A DNA stretch of 64,000 nt from an uncultured virus (IMG/VR IMGVR_UViG_3300038335_000131) (IMGVR_UViG_3300038335_000131:1-64000), one strand, 5' to 3'. Shown: positions 37,370 through 49,000, counted from the stretch's first letter. Notes: generated from the letters alone by a model not told the origin. Translations and numbers: made by a program.

Positions 37370-38454
37370 GCTACCACCCCCGGTACGCCGAGTTTTACCT
37401 TCGTGATCGGGCCGGTTTGCTTATCCAATTCAAACGTGCGGCCATAGATCAAATAATCGCCGTCGATATATTGTTTTTCGTCTTTGATCCTGCACATCTT
37501 GTTAATTGCCCAGTTCTGGCCGTTCTGGCTGTGTCTGCCGACTGTATAAACAAGACGCGTGCCTTCCCTGCGGTGTTTTTCCATGATAACTCTGGCGCGT
37601 TCTTTAGGGCTTAGATTATCGTTATTGTCCGTAGTGACAAACGGTTTATAGAATGGAAATGTCGGGTCAATACACGGAGTACCTTTGTTGTCCGTGTTGA
37701 TCCCTGAAGGATTAGCAATTGTCGGTGCGCCCTGTTGCTGGCCGACAACGATATATTTAGAGTAGCGCCTGGATATATCCTGCGCCACTTCGGATTCGAT
37801 CACGTTATTGCCCCTGCCGCTTTTAAGCATCGTTAACGTGTATTCCGGCGCTCCTTTGGCCAGCGGGCGTCTAAAGACTAACTGTCCTTTTTCGGTACAG
37901 TAAAACAACATCCCACGGCTCAGAGAATAATTTTTAAGCACTTCAAAGATGGTCATGCCCGCTTCGATATGGCCGATCTTCTGGGCAGTATCTAACGCGG
38001 ACAAAAAACCTGATCCTGTAGCTTTTTTCCCTTTGAGCGTACCGACGACATTTTTCTCATAGTCAATGGATTTAAGTGAGATAAAAGGAGCTTTGGCTAA
38101 AAGAAGTTCTGCCAGGGTTTTTAGTTTCATATTCTTGGTATCAACAAATGACTCGCAGTAAGCATCCACCAGCCAACCCATGAAATCACGGCCTTCCACC
38201 GCTAGAGATTCGCCGCTCTTATTGACTTTGCGATGCACCTTGTCAATGATGCCGGTCAACTCTAAATTGTTGTTTATCCATAAATCACATTGTTTCCCGG
38301 CGGTGATTACCGTTTCCGGATTGGCCAGCTCGAGGTGAAAAGCATCGGCGGGCGTGTACAGATCCGCGTTGATGGAATACTTTAAAAAGTGTTCTATTTT
38401 AATGCCACCAATTTTTAATTCGACCTTATCGGGCATAGACAAAGACCTCACCAT
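37366..38454 (-). CDS. Baseplate hub gp44 (Mu P)
   Basis: ADLY.PADAF, GRD....LVD; likely start MPDKVEL. Confidence 0.85.
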   Translation of the reverse strand: MVRSLSMPDKVELKIGGIKIEHFLKYSINADLYTPADAFHLELANPETVITAGKQCDLWINNNLELTGIIDKVHRKVNKSGESLAVEGRDFMGWLVDAYCESFVDTKNMKLKTLAELLLAKAPFISLKSIDYEKNVVGTLKGKKATGSGFLSALDTAQKIGHIEAGMTIFEVLKNYSLSRGMLFYCTEKGQLVFRRPLAKGAPEYTLTMLKSGRGNNVIESEVAQDISRRYSKYIVVGQQQGAPTIANPSGINTDNKGTPCIDPTFPFYKPFVTTDNNDNLSPKERARVIMEKHRREGTRLVYTVGRHSQNGQNWAINKMCRIKDEKQYIDGDYLIYGRTFELDKQTGPITKVKLGVPGVVA

Positions 38455-39718
38455 CAGCGAAGTTCGGGTTTTGAATATTTCTGTTAACCTTCAGTAAACG
38501 CTCCGCGTCTGTGTAAGGCAGGCCATACTTCAGGCAGACAAGATGCAACGGCATGGGGTTATCCAGCGTTACAGCGATCATTTTCTCGCGTTCCAGACGA
38601 ACAGAGTTGATCTGAGTAAGCAGGGCCGCCGCCATTGTTTTGAGGCTGTCCATTTCGCGGGCGACTTCCACAGCCGCTTCGATCCGCGTGCGGACGATGG
38701 CCAGCGTCTCTTCCAGTTCCCGGATATTCATAACTTGAAAATCGGGATCACCGTCCCGGAAGGCCTGTTCATCGGCGGCATAGATTGCGGCGGCTTCCAG
38801 CGCCAGACGCTGGGCACAGGTGATCTGCAAATGTTTAGTCATGGTTTCTGAGGCTGACTGCCCACTTACGGATTCGCCGAGATCAACGTAAGAATCCTGC
38901 AGATCATCGAAGGCATCGTTTAACTTTGATATGAACTGGCGCGGATAATTCCACGAAGAATCGAACAGTCGCGCAATCTTTTCCACGGCGCTGGAATGAG
39001 ATCCCAAAATTCTACCGGGAAGATTATCAGCATAGATAATAGTAGCCTGAAGCGAGTTAAGAGGGCTGAGTTCCTGATTGGCTACGGCCTGAGATATGGC
39101 AAGGTAATCTTCCACACTGCCGACAAATACCCGCGCCTGTCCGGAGAATTCCTGCATCTGCACCAATAACCCGGTGTCTGCATCCAGTATTTTAGTAACG
39201 GCCCCGGCGTCGGCGGTAGGTATTGCGGCCTTGATGTCGTAAGCCAGGGTGTTTAGTTGCTGATCCTGCCCTGTCAGATATGCGTCTTCCACTGCAGATA
39301 AAACGCTTTGCGAAGACGCGACATTCAGCGCTCCGCGCATCTGCTCGACAAAGGATATGTCCAGTGAAGCCTTGCGGATGCTGTCGTCATGCATGACGGC
39401 AATGGATTCGATCTTCCCTTTGAGCAATCCGTATTTAGGATGCACAAAATCAAGCAGGTCTTGAGTTGCCAGAGAGTCTAATAATGTTTTATGGTCGGCA
39501 TAGGTTTGCTGTTCGGCGTCATCCCAAAAATAACAGCGCACGCGGATGGTGTGGGCTTTTTGACCCATGTCTTCCAGATCCGCACCGTCTGCATAGGGAT
39601 AGTCATAGCGGGCGATCGCTTTTTCAAAATTATCTTCAATGGTTTCCATCTGGATAAATAAATCATTGAGATATCCATGATCGAGGTCTAAAGATGTTTG
39701 ATCGAAATCTAATGCCAT
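38426..39718 (-). CDS. DNA circularization protein (Mu N/gp43)
   Basis: YPYADGADLEDMG, VHPKYG, NPNF motifs. Confidence 0.85.
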   Translation of the reverse strand: MALDFDQTSLDLDHGYLNDLFIQMETIEDNFEKAIARYDYPYADGADLEDMGQKAHTIRVRCYFWDDAEQQTYADHKTLLDSLATQDLLDFVHPKYGLLKGKIESIAVMHDDSIRKASLDISFVEQMRGALNVASSQSVLSAVEDAYLTGQDQQLNTLAYDIKAAIPTADAGAVTKILDADTGLLVQMQEFSGQARVFVGSVEDYLAISQAVANQELSPLNSLQATIIYADNLPGRILGSHSSAVEKIARLFDSSWNYPRQFISKLNDAFDDLQDSYVDLGESVSGQSASETMTKHLQITCAQRLALEAAAIYAADEQAFRDGDPDFQVMNIRELEETLAIVRTRIEAAVEVAREMDSLKTMAAALLTQINSVRLEREKMIAVTLDNPMPLHLVCLKYGLPYTDAERLLKVNRNIQNPNFADGEVFVYAR

Positions 39719-39772
39719 TGTGTCGCTTCGCTCCTTGTGAAGGGTGAATAGAAAACCATCTACTCATCCACG

Positions 39773-41452
39773 TTACACCGCGAAAAAATTTCCGCGAAAA
39801 ATATTTATTTTAAAATCGGCGCCATTACTACCATCGGCAAACAATTTTAAATCCTTATCTAATTTCAGATTAATTGTGTTTTTAACCTCTGTTTTTGCAG
39901 GTTTTTCCGCCTTATGCAAAAAGTCATAGAGCATATCGCCCCATGCCCCTTCAAACACCTCCAACTGTTTTCCACCCGTTAATGTTTTATTGATCCAATT
40001 ATCGCCGCTGCCCCCGCGTAACGCATTAACCAGCGACGTCACTGCTGTAGCGGATGCCACTGTAGCTGCAATAACGGCACCCACCGTCCCTATTACCGGG
40101 GCCAACGCCACTAGTCCCACTTTATCGAGGACACCCGGTACGCCAACACCGCCAGCTGGCATATTTGTAACGAAGACTGGTGTGACGCCTGCTACTTCTT
40201 GCAATGCTTTTCCTTCGGCAACGCCTATGGCGGTTTTGCCAAAACCACCGAGCACTTTTTTTATTGTGCCAAAGCCGAGAGCGCCGAGAACACCGAGGGA
40301 TAAAGCGGCTGCGCCGTAGCCTGCCGCCTTTGTGACACCAGGATGATCCGCCGCAAACTTGACCGGTTTTTTGGCCAGGTCGTATATAAATTTCAAATCT
40401 GTTTTGATTGAACCGAGTTCGCTCTTGACTCTTTCCAATTGTTTGAACCACGCCGCATCGGCGGCGGCGGATCGTTCAGCGGCGATCTGCGCGGCGTGGC
40501 CCATTTCGTCCATACCCTTTTTGAAATTTTCTTTCTGGCTGAAGATAAAATCGAGGCGCTGGCGGGAATTCGGGCCGAATGTTTTGTCAATGACTTCGTC
40601 GTATTTGCTGGAACTCATCGTCTTGCGCATCTTTTGCAGATAGGCTTCGAGGTCTTTTAATACTTCGAGCTGATCACGCCATTCGCCCGTTTTTTTATCT
40701 TTAACCTTAATGCCGCTGGCTTCCAGGATGTCGGCCTTATCCTGTATCGCGCCCAGTGTTTCATTGAGCTGCATGATAACACGCGGATTACTCATGCCCG
40801 CCATATTCAGGCCGCGCAGCATGCCAAGGGTTTGTATATAATCTTTTTTCGACCCGCCGCGAAGAACCAGACGCTGCATCATGGTATCAAGGGATTCCAC
40901 GTCTACACGGGAAGCGACCATCGCGTCTGCGACGCCTTTTGCTTCTTTTGCGGTGAGTTTGTATAGCTTCATGATCTGAACAATGCGATCCTGTACGACA
41001 TCATACGGCGCTTTCATCGCATCGGCGGCTTCGTCAGAGATCTTCACGATTTCCAAAATTTCATCCGGTTTGTAATTAAAAGATAATTTATATGCCGACT
41101 GAAAAGCTGTGCCCTGTTCAATACCGCGTTCACCGGCGACAGCCGCGATCTTAGTTTTTAAGTCATCAAGCTCCTTGCCGGTCAGTTTTAGATTTACTTG
41201 CATCCGAAGAAGCGCGTCGTCGATAGGCATATAATCGGATAGGCCAAATAATTTTTTCAAAACAAGTCCGCCGGAAAGAGCGGCGGCGGCATTGCCCAAA
41301 AATCCAATATTCTGCGTCAGATTTGCGACGACGGAGGCAGCACGGGAAGCGTACTGTTTGAACCCTTCCAGCGACCGTTCACCCGCTTTTAATCCGCTTT
41401 GAAACTTGTCTGATTTCGTGATCAGTTCCAGGTATACTTTTAAATCAGGCAT
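39773..41452 (-). CDS. Tape measure protein
   Basis: Helical; GVTPVFVTNMP motif; synteny. Confidence 0.85.
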   Translation of the reverse strand: MPDLKVYLELITKSDKFQSGLKAGERSLEGFKQYASRAASVVANLTQNIGFLGNAAAALSGGLVLKKLFGLSDYMPIDDALLRMQVNLKLTGKELDDLKTKIAAVAGERGIEQGTAFQSAYKLSFNYKPDEILEIVKISDEAADAMKAPYDVVQDRIVQIMKLYKLTAKEAKGVADAMVASRVDVESLDTMMQRLVLRGGSKKDYIQTLGMLRGLNMAGMSNPRVIMQLNETLGAIQDKADILEASGIKVKDKKTGEWRDQLEVLKDLEAYLQKMRKTMSSSKYDEVIDKTFGPNSRQRLDFIFSQKENFKKGMDEMGHAAQIAAERSAAADAAWFKQLERVKSELGSIKTDLKFIYDLAKKPVKFAADHPGVTKAAGYGAAALSLGVLGALGFGTIKKVLGGFGKTAIGVAEGKALQEVAGVTPVFVTNMPAGGVGVPGVLDKVGLVALAPVIGTVGAVIAATVASATAVTSLVNALRGGSGDNWINKTLTGGKQLEVFEGAWGDMLYDFLHKAEKPAKTEVKNTINLKLDKDLKLFADGSNGADFKINIFRGNFFAV

Positions 41453-41608
41453 TATTTCTTGCTCTTCACTGAATATTTTTTGCCGCTTGTTTTCGGTTCT
41501 TTCATCTCTTTGGCCGCGTTAAGATATTCCATCGTTACCATTATCGGCATCGTCAAAACATCTTTTAACTCAAACCCCATATCTAAGAGAGCCAATATGA
41601 CCTTGCGG

Positions 41609-41935
41609 CTATTTTTTGTTTTCGGCGCGAAAGGATTTGCGCTTCGCGTCCAACCTCTCTTCCGCTGCGCGCAGTTCGTTGAAATTATCCTGACTCATCG
41701 ACATCAATAGATCGCCCGTGATCTTATCCTTTGGTATGCTGCCAAGAGATACGAGCATATTGGCGAGCACGCATACACTCAAGTATTGAGGGTTTTTCAC
41801 CGCTCTCGCTGTTACGTCCGCATCATCAAAAACAGAAATCGCATCGCCCACGAGCTGTTCGCGTATTTCATATCCGCTATGTAATGTCCCGTCGTATTCT
41901 ATTCCGTCCGGAAGAGTTCCTTTTTCGGTAAACAT
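41609..41935 (-). CDS. Tail assembly chaperone (gp41-like); frameshift extension to 41452 proposed
   Basis: GTLP.GIE.DG.LH....RE motif; between tube and TMP. Confidence 0.75.
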   Translation of the reverse strand: MFTEKGTLPDGIEYDGTLHSGYEIREQLVGDAISVFDDADVTARAVKNPQYLSVCVLANMLVSLGSIPKDKITGDLLMSMSQDNFNELRAAEERLDAKRKSFRAENKK

Positions 41936-41998
41936 AATTTAATCTCCTCGTTATTCCTGGATTGCCCGGTCAGGCCGGGCAATGACAGGAGGTTGTTT

Positions 41999-42355
41999 TT
42001 ATTTCCTGGTCTTGGCCGAAAACTCGATGGTGCGGACTGATTCCTTGTCGCCATCGTGTTTCAATGCGCCGATTTTCAGGACGTAAACACCGGCGTATTT
42101 GACGCGGGTGCCGTTCATGTAGTCAATGGTGATCGTCCCGCCTTTGACCTCAGTAAAATCGAATTCCGGCCCATCAAAGGGAACTACGTATTCCACATTG
42201 ACGCCGTGGCGTGGCTGTGCCGTAGTGTGGCCGGTGCCGTTCATCAGGTTGACGACCTTGTGAAGTTCGAATTCCTTCTCTTCCACCGATTTGAAATCGG
42301 TAATGCTTTTGCCGTTTATCTCCAGCAGTACCTGACTTACAAATTCTTCTGACAT
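41999..42355 (-). CDS. Tail tube protein
   Basis: 118 aa, directly after sheath. Confidence 0.75.
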   Translation of the reverse strand: MSEEFVSQVLLEINGKSITDFKSVEEKEFELHKVVNLMNGTGHTTAQPRHGVNVEYVVPFDGPEFDFTEVKGGTITIDYMNGTRVKYAGVYVLKIGALKHDGDKESVRTIEFSAKTRK

Positions 42356-42408
42356 ATTTATTTACCTCCATTCCTGGATTCCCGCCTGCGCGGGAATGAC
42401 ATTATTTT

Positions 42409-43833
42409 TTATAAAAGCAGATCTATCCGACCGGCGAAGACATGCAGGCCGTTGACCACGTCGCAGGGGATCTTCGCATCGAGCCGGTTGGCGTCTTGCA
42501 GATCTCGCTCGACGATAACGCCGTCCGCATTGGCTTCGACCTCTTCGACAATTTCCAAATCCTGCAATTGATACAACACGTCCATGATCTGATCGCGCAC
42601 AGCCTCAGGCGTTTTACTCGATAATTTTTCGCGAGGGAATCGCAGCGCGATGCGGGTGCGGACAGCTTCTCTCACATAATCCAGGGTGCGGATGGTAGTG
42701 ATATCCAGCAGCGAAATATCGTCAATACTGTTGGCGTCATGGACATAGGTACTGATCGCGCGAACAATCTGAACAATTTCGCCGGGGCCTACTTCCAGAG
42801 GCGTCGCTCCGTTAGCCAGGCAGGATTCCTGCTCTGTCCGGGACAGACGCGAGGCGATGGGCGGCGCGGCGATGCCGGTCAGGGCCAGTGTATTGAGCGG
42901 TCTGGCCGGATCTTCTTCAAAGGCGATGACTGCGGCCATTGCCGCCGCGATCTCATAGATCGGGCTTTTAGTGCCGCGTAAATACGCGCAGAGAATACGT
43001 CCCGAATTGATCGTGGCGGTAAGCGTTGTTACTGTGCCCAGGGCGTCGTCATCGGCAATTACGCCGATTCCGGGACGCTGTTCCATCGGGCCGGAAACCA
43101 GATCCAAATGGGTTTTAAGCGCCGCATACGATGTCGCATCAATGAACGGCACGGCGATGATGTCGTATTGTTCACCGACTACTGCCGCCAATGCCGTTGC
43201 CAGCGTCGGGTCGACTGATCCGGCTGTGGTGGCGGTAAAGGTCGCCGTGACGCCGGTGGCCGTGACTGCTGCCTCAAAATCAATCTGGTTGGCCACGGTG
43301 CCTTTGTTTTTGGCGGTGAAGGCCAAAGACCCGGTGGTATGCACAACGGTAAAGGGCAGGGCAGGATCATTGTCCAGGGCGGCTTTCAGCGCATCGCCGA
43401 TGATTGTGGCCGTATCCGTCGAAGTGATGCCTACCTGATAGCGGACATTGCCGACCCACAGAGTTAATGTGCCGCTGCCGGTGGCCGGGCCGGTAATTGC
43501 CAGCGTGTGGACGCGGGCGATAGGCGATGTGGCAAAATCGTCGAGAGCGCAAACGGTCAAATCCAGATACGGATTTGCTTTGATGGCCGCTCTGACCATC
43601 AGGTGTGCGATGGAACCTTCGCCGAAATACGCAGCGGCTTCAGCGTCGGAGAATACCTTTGTGGCAATAAGCTGTGCCACGGTACCTGCCGCCAGCCGCT
43701 GGGCGATGATCAGCATTTTCTGTGCGTTGGCGGGCAGTGTCCTTACCGCCAGCTTGGTATTAAACTCCAAATACTTGCCCGGCTTGCGAATGCTGCTGGG
43801 AATTGAAGCAAATGTAATGTTTTCCGATCCCAT
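42409..43833 (-). CDS. Tail sheath protein (Mu L)
   Basis: IPSSIRKPG.Y.EFN, DPARPLNTL, TIRTLDYVR, VVNGLHVFA. Confidence 0.92.
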   Translation of the reverse strand: MGSENITFASIPSSIRKPGKYLEFNTKLAVRTLPANAQKMLIIAQRLAAGTVAQLIATKVFSDAEAAAYFGEGSIAHLMVRAAIKANPYLDLTVCALDDFATSPIARVHTLAITGPATGSGTLTLWVGNVRYQVGITSTDTATIIGDALKAALDNDPALPFTVVHTTGSLAFTAKNKGTVANQIDFEAAVTATGVTATFTATTAGSVDPTLATALAAVVGEQYDIIAVPFIDATSYAALKTHLDLVSGPMEQRPGIGVIADDDALGTVTTLTATINSGRILCAYLRGTKSPIYEIAAAMAAVIAFEEDPARPLNTLALTGIAAPPIASRLSRTEQESCLANGATPLEVGPGEIVQIVRAISTYVHDANSIDDISLLDITTIRTLDYVREAVRTRIALRFPREKLSSKTPEAVRDQIMDVLYQLQDLEIVEEVEANADGVIVERDLQDANRLDAKIPCDVVNGLHVFAGRIDLLL

Positions 43834-43835
43834 GA

Positions 43836-44024
43836 TTATTCTTTACCTCCCTTTTCTTTTGCGGATTTCGCCGCAGTTATAGTGGCAACGACAAGCGATC
43901 CGTCACTGACCAGGCGCATATAATAAGCGCTGTCCGGCACAGTTTGGGTTGTTTGGTCGTCAATGTATTCTCGCGGTTTTCCTTCCTTAGGGCATTTCGT
44001 GCCCGGCGCTGCTTGAACTCGCAT
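43836..44024 (-). CDS. gp38-like DUF2635 protein
   Basis: VPDSAYYMRLV.DG.L motif. Confidence 0.8.
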   Translation of the reverse strand: MRVQAAPGTKCPKEGKPREYIDDQTTQTVPDSAYYMRLVSDGSLVVATITAAKSAKEKGGKE

Positions 44025-44092
44025 TGTGTATCCTCCTTTTTCACCCTCCCCTGGCCCCTCCCCTCAAGGGAGGGGAAGAAAAGGAAGTGTTT

Positions 44093-44620
44093 CTACGTTT
44101 GATCTAGTGTCACGACGTCCGACGCATCAGCGATGTTGTCGTCTGCCGGATCTTGCAAATAATAATTCAGGCCGATGGTCAGCAGATCCACAAGCTCTTC
44201 GTCGGAGGTCGGCGTGATGACGAAGCCAGTTTCAAATTCAATTTGAAAAACGATCTTGCCCGCTTTGGCTTCGGCCTCCTCGGTAATGTTATCCAGACGC
44301 TTGGGCACGAGCGCCTCTATTTTCAGGCCGAATTTATTTCCCGCCAAAAAAAGAAGTATCGCCAGCAATATCGGATAGACGCCTTTGCGCCGGTCGGCCT
44401 CGCTTTTAAGATTTTGGAAAGTCAAAATCACAAACACCTGCGTTTTACACTTGTATTGCGACATCGTGACGGAGACGAAAGTACCGCCGCCTGCAATCAC
44501 ATTGATGATCGGCAGGTTAAGGTTAAGATTGCTGTGTGCCTTGTCTACAGAGACTTTCGTGACGCCGCTGAGTTTAGCGTTGAGCCGGGCGATAATGCCG
44601 TCTTCGATTTCTGCAAACAT
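44093..44620 (-). CDS. gp37-like (DUF1834) tail completion protein
   Basis: IED.II.RL, RRKG.Y motifs; synteny. Confidence 0.7.
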   Translation of the reverse strand: MFAEIEDGIIARLNAKLSGVTKVSVDKAHSNLNLNLPIINVIAGGGTFVSVTMSQYKCKTQVFVILTFQNLKSEADRRKGVYPILLAILLFLAGNKFGLKIEALVPKRLDNITEEAEAKAGKIVFQIEFETGFVITPTSDEELVDLLTIGLNYYLQDPADDNIADASDVVTLDQT

Positions 44621-44622
44621 TG

Positions 44623-45048
44623 TTAAAACCCTTTCATACTGTCGCGAGTAAAAATGCGATCACTTACTGATTTATTGCTTTCTGCCCCTTCCGACGTTGA
44701 CGCAGCCGGAGGCGGATCAACGCCCAGGGACAGAAGCCCCTTGGCTATGTCCTTGAGCCGGGCGATCGCATTATCATAAGATTTTTGTACGTCCTCGGAC
44801 ACGGTGCGCCGTTTGTAGAGATAATAAATCGACATATCAAGCGAAAGCCCGGCGACGACCGGTGGCACCGTTGTGAAGGGCACCGCGTACTTCACGGCAC
44901 AATAGCCGTCTATCTCAGCATCCGCCCGCGCTATAGCCTTCGTGACGTTAGCCGATATAATCTCGCCGATATTGTCGTCATCGGTTAATTGTTTGATGAT
45001 CTCTTCAGACAGCGCCTTTTTAATATCTGCTAATATGCAGTATGCCAT
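44623..45048 (-). CDS. gp36 (DUF1320) head-tail joining protein
   Basis: MAYC..AD, QLTDD, A.AEIDGY...Y..P, Y..A...L.DIA.G...LG. Confidence 0.85.
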   Translation of the reverse strand: MAYCILADIKKALSEEIIKQLTDDDNIGEIISANVTKAIARADAEIDGYCAVKYAVPFTTVPPVVAGLSLDMSIYYLYKRRTVSEDVQKSYDNAIARLKDIAKGLLSLGVDPPPAASTSEGAESNKSVSDRIFTRDSMKGF

Positions 45049-45061
45049 TGTCGCTTAGCTC

Positions 45062-45382
45062 CTATGGTATCTTGTTTAAATTTTTCACGGTATAGATATA
45101 GGCCCCCGTGGCTTTTTTACTTTGCGGCCCATAAGTAATTTTTACGGTTACCCGTTTATTTTCTTTTTCCAGATCGCTGTTGATGATGGCATTTTGCGCA
45201 TCCGTTATTGACAAGTCGTGCGTCGCTGCCGCTGGTGTAAACGACGTCCAGTCCAGGATCTGCGCGCCCGTTTCGACATCGTCAATCCGGTACTGTGCCG
45301 CAGTCGGGACAACGCCGACGCTGCTTTCATCAGCAAACGACAGCCGCAAATCTAAAGTCGAATTTTCGTTGATAATTTCCAT
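45062..45382 (-). CDS. Accessory virion protein, beta-sandwich-like
   Basis: ORF in an insertion between capsid cluster and gp36. Confidence 0.55.
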   Translation of the reverse strand: MEIINENSTLDLRLSFADESSVGVVPTAAQYRIDDVETGAQILDWTSFTPAAATHDLSITDAQNAIINSDLEKENKRVTVKITYGPQSKKATGAYIYTVKNLNKIP

Positions 45383-45447
45383 TTTGTTTTCCTTCCCTGG
45401 ATTCCCGCCTCCGCGGGAATGACAACGGAGGCGGGAGCAAGGATTAA

Positions 45448-45990
45448 TTAGCTAAGCGTAATTGCCAAATCGACCGTCCACGTCTGGCCGCTAATTTTTG
45501 TACCCTGATCGGAAACTTTACGATTCATGTTTTTTGCAGAATCGCTGTTGCCGTTAGCGACAGTGAATTCCTTCCACGCATGGTTGCCATAAGATCCACC
45601 GACTACTCCACGCCACGTTACAGTCTGGCCAGACCGGGAAGGATAGGTCGATGCCATTGCCGCATAATATTTATTCGTTACGGCCTGCAAACCCGTCTGC
45701 GAGGCTGCTGCTGCTGTATCGCTGTCGCCGATGCCGATGTAAGAGTTGGCTTCGGAAAACGCTGTCCCGCCTGCACCGATAATTAAATCCCACATCTCGG
45801 CAATGCCCTCATTCAGAAGAACATTTTGCTTAAAGGTGCTTACTGCGAATGGCGTACCTGCCATAAACGCCGCGTCATCTGCATATTTGCGGATTGTCCA
45901 TACTTTGGTAAGGACACCTCTGTCACTGACGAGACGAATCTTTCTGAATAACCGTAAAAGTGCTTCCGTAATCGCTGTTAATTTTTTCAT
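45448..45990 (-). CDS. Accessory virion protein with N-terminal leader
   Basis: N.LLNEG, YIG.GD..TAA...QT.LQ, W.EF.V.N motifs; AAGGAGG SD. Confidence 0.6.
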   Translation of the reverse strand: MKKLTAITEALLRLFRKIRLVSDRGVLTKVWTIRKYADDAAFMAGTPFAVSTFKQNVLLNEGIAEMWDLIIGAGGTAFSEANSYIGIGDSDTAAAASQTGLQAVTNKYYAAMASTYPSRSGQTVTWRGVVGGSYGNHAWKEFTVANGNSDSAKNMNRKVSDQGTKISGQTWTVDLAITLS

Positions 45991-46000
45991 AAAATCCTCC

Positions 46001-49000
46001 TTAAATTTTTGTAAAAGTAATATTCCCTTTTTTAGGTGTCATAGTTATGCTTCCCTTCCGGGGAGACATGCTCATTGCGCCATGCCTCGGCACAAATGTA
46101 ATGTCTACACGCTTCGCGTCCTGCCTGTAATTGATGACTACATCCACGCCAATGCCGCTGTCGGCCAGTGAAACCAGTGTTCCGATAAAGCTAATGGTAT
46201 CCATGCCAATGCCGGAGTCAGGTATGGCCAGAGACACGTTGATCGATGGAGCGCTGTCATCGCCGGTGCCGGTGTCGATGATGGAAATTAACGCGGAGAC
46301 AAGGCTGATGATGTCCGTGCCGGAGCCGCTGTCGGCCAGCGATAGCGACACATTGATTGCCGGTGATATATCCGTCCCCGCACCAGTCTCAACAATCTGA
46401 ATAAGCGCATTGAGTTGGGCAATGATGTCCGTACCTTCTCCTGTATCTGAAATATTCAAGGATGCTAAAAGCCGCGCTATCGCGTCACTGCCCGCGCCGG
46501 ATTCAACGACGGGAATTAGTGCGCTGAGTTTTTCGATGACATCAGTGCCGGTACAGCTTTCCGCTAATGTTATCAGCGCAGATAATTGCGCTACGGCATC
46601 GCTGCCGGAGCCGGTATCTGAAATATTCAAGGAGGCTAAAAGCCGCGCTATCGCGTCGCTGCCGGAGCCGGATTCAATGATAGAAATAAGCGCGTTGATA
46701 TTTGCCACAACATCAGCACCCGCGCCGGTATCTGAAATATTCAAGGAGGCTAAAAGCCGCGCTATCGCGTCGCTGCCGGTGCATGATTCAATGATGGAAA
46801 TAAGCGCGTTAATATTTGCTACAACATCAGCACCCGCGCCGGTATCTGTAATTGAAAGCAGCGCGGCAATCAAACTAATAACATCAGCACCCGCGCCGGT
46901 ATCGCTAACGGAAAGCGACACGTTGATATTTACTGCATCTGTGCCCGTGCCGGTATCTGTAAGCGAAAGCAGCGCGGCAATCATATTAATAATATCACTG
47001 CCTGCGCCGGTATCCGTCAATGCCAGGGAAACATTAACCGCAACGGTGTCGGTACCCGCGCCGGTGTCTGTGAGCGCCAGCAGTTTGGTAATTAAATTTA
47101 CGGCATCAGAGCCGAGTCCGGAATCGGGCACGTTAAGCAATACATTAACAGCGGGTACGTCGTTGCCGGTGCCACTGTCAGCCAGCGACAGATTGACTTT
47201 TATTTGTGATACGGAATCGGTGCCTTCAGCCGAGTCAGGAAGCGTAAGCGACACATTGATGCCTGGCAGATCAGCGCCAATGCCACTGTCGGATATGGTA
47301 AGCAACGCGGAAATAAGCGCAACAACGTCATTGCCTGCGCCGGTATCTGTCAATGCCAGGGAAACATTAACCGCAACGGCGTCAGATCCCGCGCCGGTGT
47401 CTGTGAGCGCCAGCAACGCGGCAATCAGGTTGACCGCATCAGCGCCGAGACCGGAATCGGGCACGTTTAGTAATACATTAACAGCCGGTGAGTCGTTGCC
47501 GGTGCCGCTGTCGGCAAGCGAGAGTGACACATTGATTGCTGTAGCGTCCGTCCCTGTGCCTGCATCCGGAAGCGTCAGCGACACATTGATGCCCGGAACA
47601 TTATCTAATCCGTAACCGGTATCCAAGACACTAACAAGCCATTGCGCAAGGTTAACAACATCGCTGCCGGAGCCGGTATCCGTCAATGCCAGGGAAACAT
47701 TAACCGCAACGGCGTCAGATCCCGCACCGGTATCCGTGAGCGCCAGCAGTTTGGCTATCAAATTGACGGCATCCGCACCGAGGCCGGAATCGGGCACATT
47801 TAGTAATACATTAACAGCCGGTGAGTCGTTGCCGGTGCCGCTGTCAGCAAGAGACAAATTTACTTTTATTTGTGATACGGAATCGGTGCCTCCAGCCGCG
47901 TCCGGAAGCGTAAGTGCTACATTAAGCCCCTGCAGATTATCTGTGCCTGCGCCGGTATCCGGTATGCTAATGAGTCGTTGAATGAGATTAACAACATCAC
48001 TGCCTGCGCCGGTATCTGTCAATGCCAGGGAAACATTAACCGCAACGGTGTCGGAACCAGCGCCGGTATCCGTAAGCGCTAGCAGTTTGGCAATTAAATT
48101 GACGGCGTCAGAGCCGAGTCCAGAATCGGGCACGTTTAGTAATACATTAACAGCCGGTGAGTCGTTGCCGGAGCCGCTGTCGGCAAGTGAAAGTGACACA
48201 TTAATTGCCGCAGCGTCCGTACCTGTGCCGGTATCCGGAAGCGTAAGCGATACATTGATGCCCGGCAAATCAGCGCCAAGGCCACTGTCGGTTATGGTAA
48301 GCAACGCGGAAACAAGCGCAACAACGTCATTGCCTGCGCCGGTGTCTGTCAATGCCAGGGAAACATTAACCGCAACGGTGTCGGCTCCTGCGCCGGTATC
48401 TGAAAGCGCCAGTAACGCGGCAATCAGGTTAACCGCATCCGAACCGAGACCGGAATCGGGCACGTTTAGTAATACATTAACCGCCGGTGAGTCGTTGCCT
48501 GTGCCGCTGTCGGCCAGGGCAAGAGATACATTGATTGCTGTGGCATCACTGCCAGCGCCCGCATCCGGCAGTGTAATCGCTACGTTGATACTGGAAATTA
48601 TATCCGCGCCCGCACCGCTTTCCGCGACGGTTATTAATCTTGATACGACATCGATAATATCATTGCCGGAGCCGGAATCTGAAATATTGATCGAAACATT
48701 GAGGCCGGAAATGATATCCGCGCCCGCACCGCTTTCTGCCAGGGCCAGTAATACCGATAAAAGGTTTACTACATCCGTTCCTGTGCCGGTATCACTAAGA
48801 GGCAATCGTGCAGATATACCGCTGCCGAGATTATCCGCGCCCGCGCCGGTGTCAGAAAGAGCTAAGCCAACAGCAATTTGCGTCACGGCATCACTGCCTG
48901 CGCCGGTATCAGTCAAATCAACATTAGGTGCGCCGCCCTCCTGCAAAAGAGAGGTCATATCTTCAGCACATATAATGTCTGATTGATTTTCGATTGATAT

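Noticed and set aside
46131..48986. Long + strand ORFs (401 aa, 334 aa) and similar antisense ORFs elsewhere
   Set aside because: Shadows of minus-strand genes; no SD or recognisable motifs.
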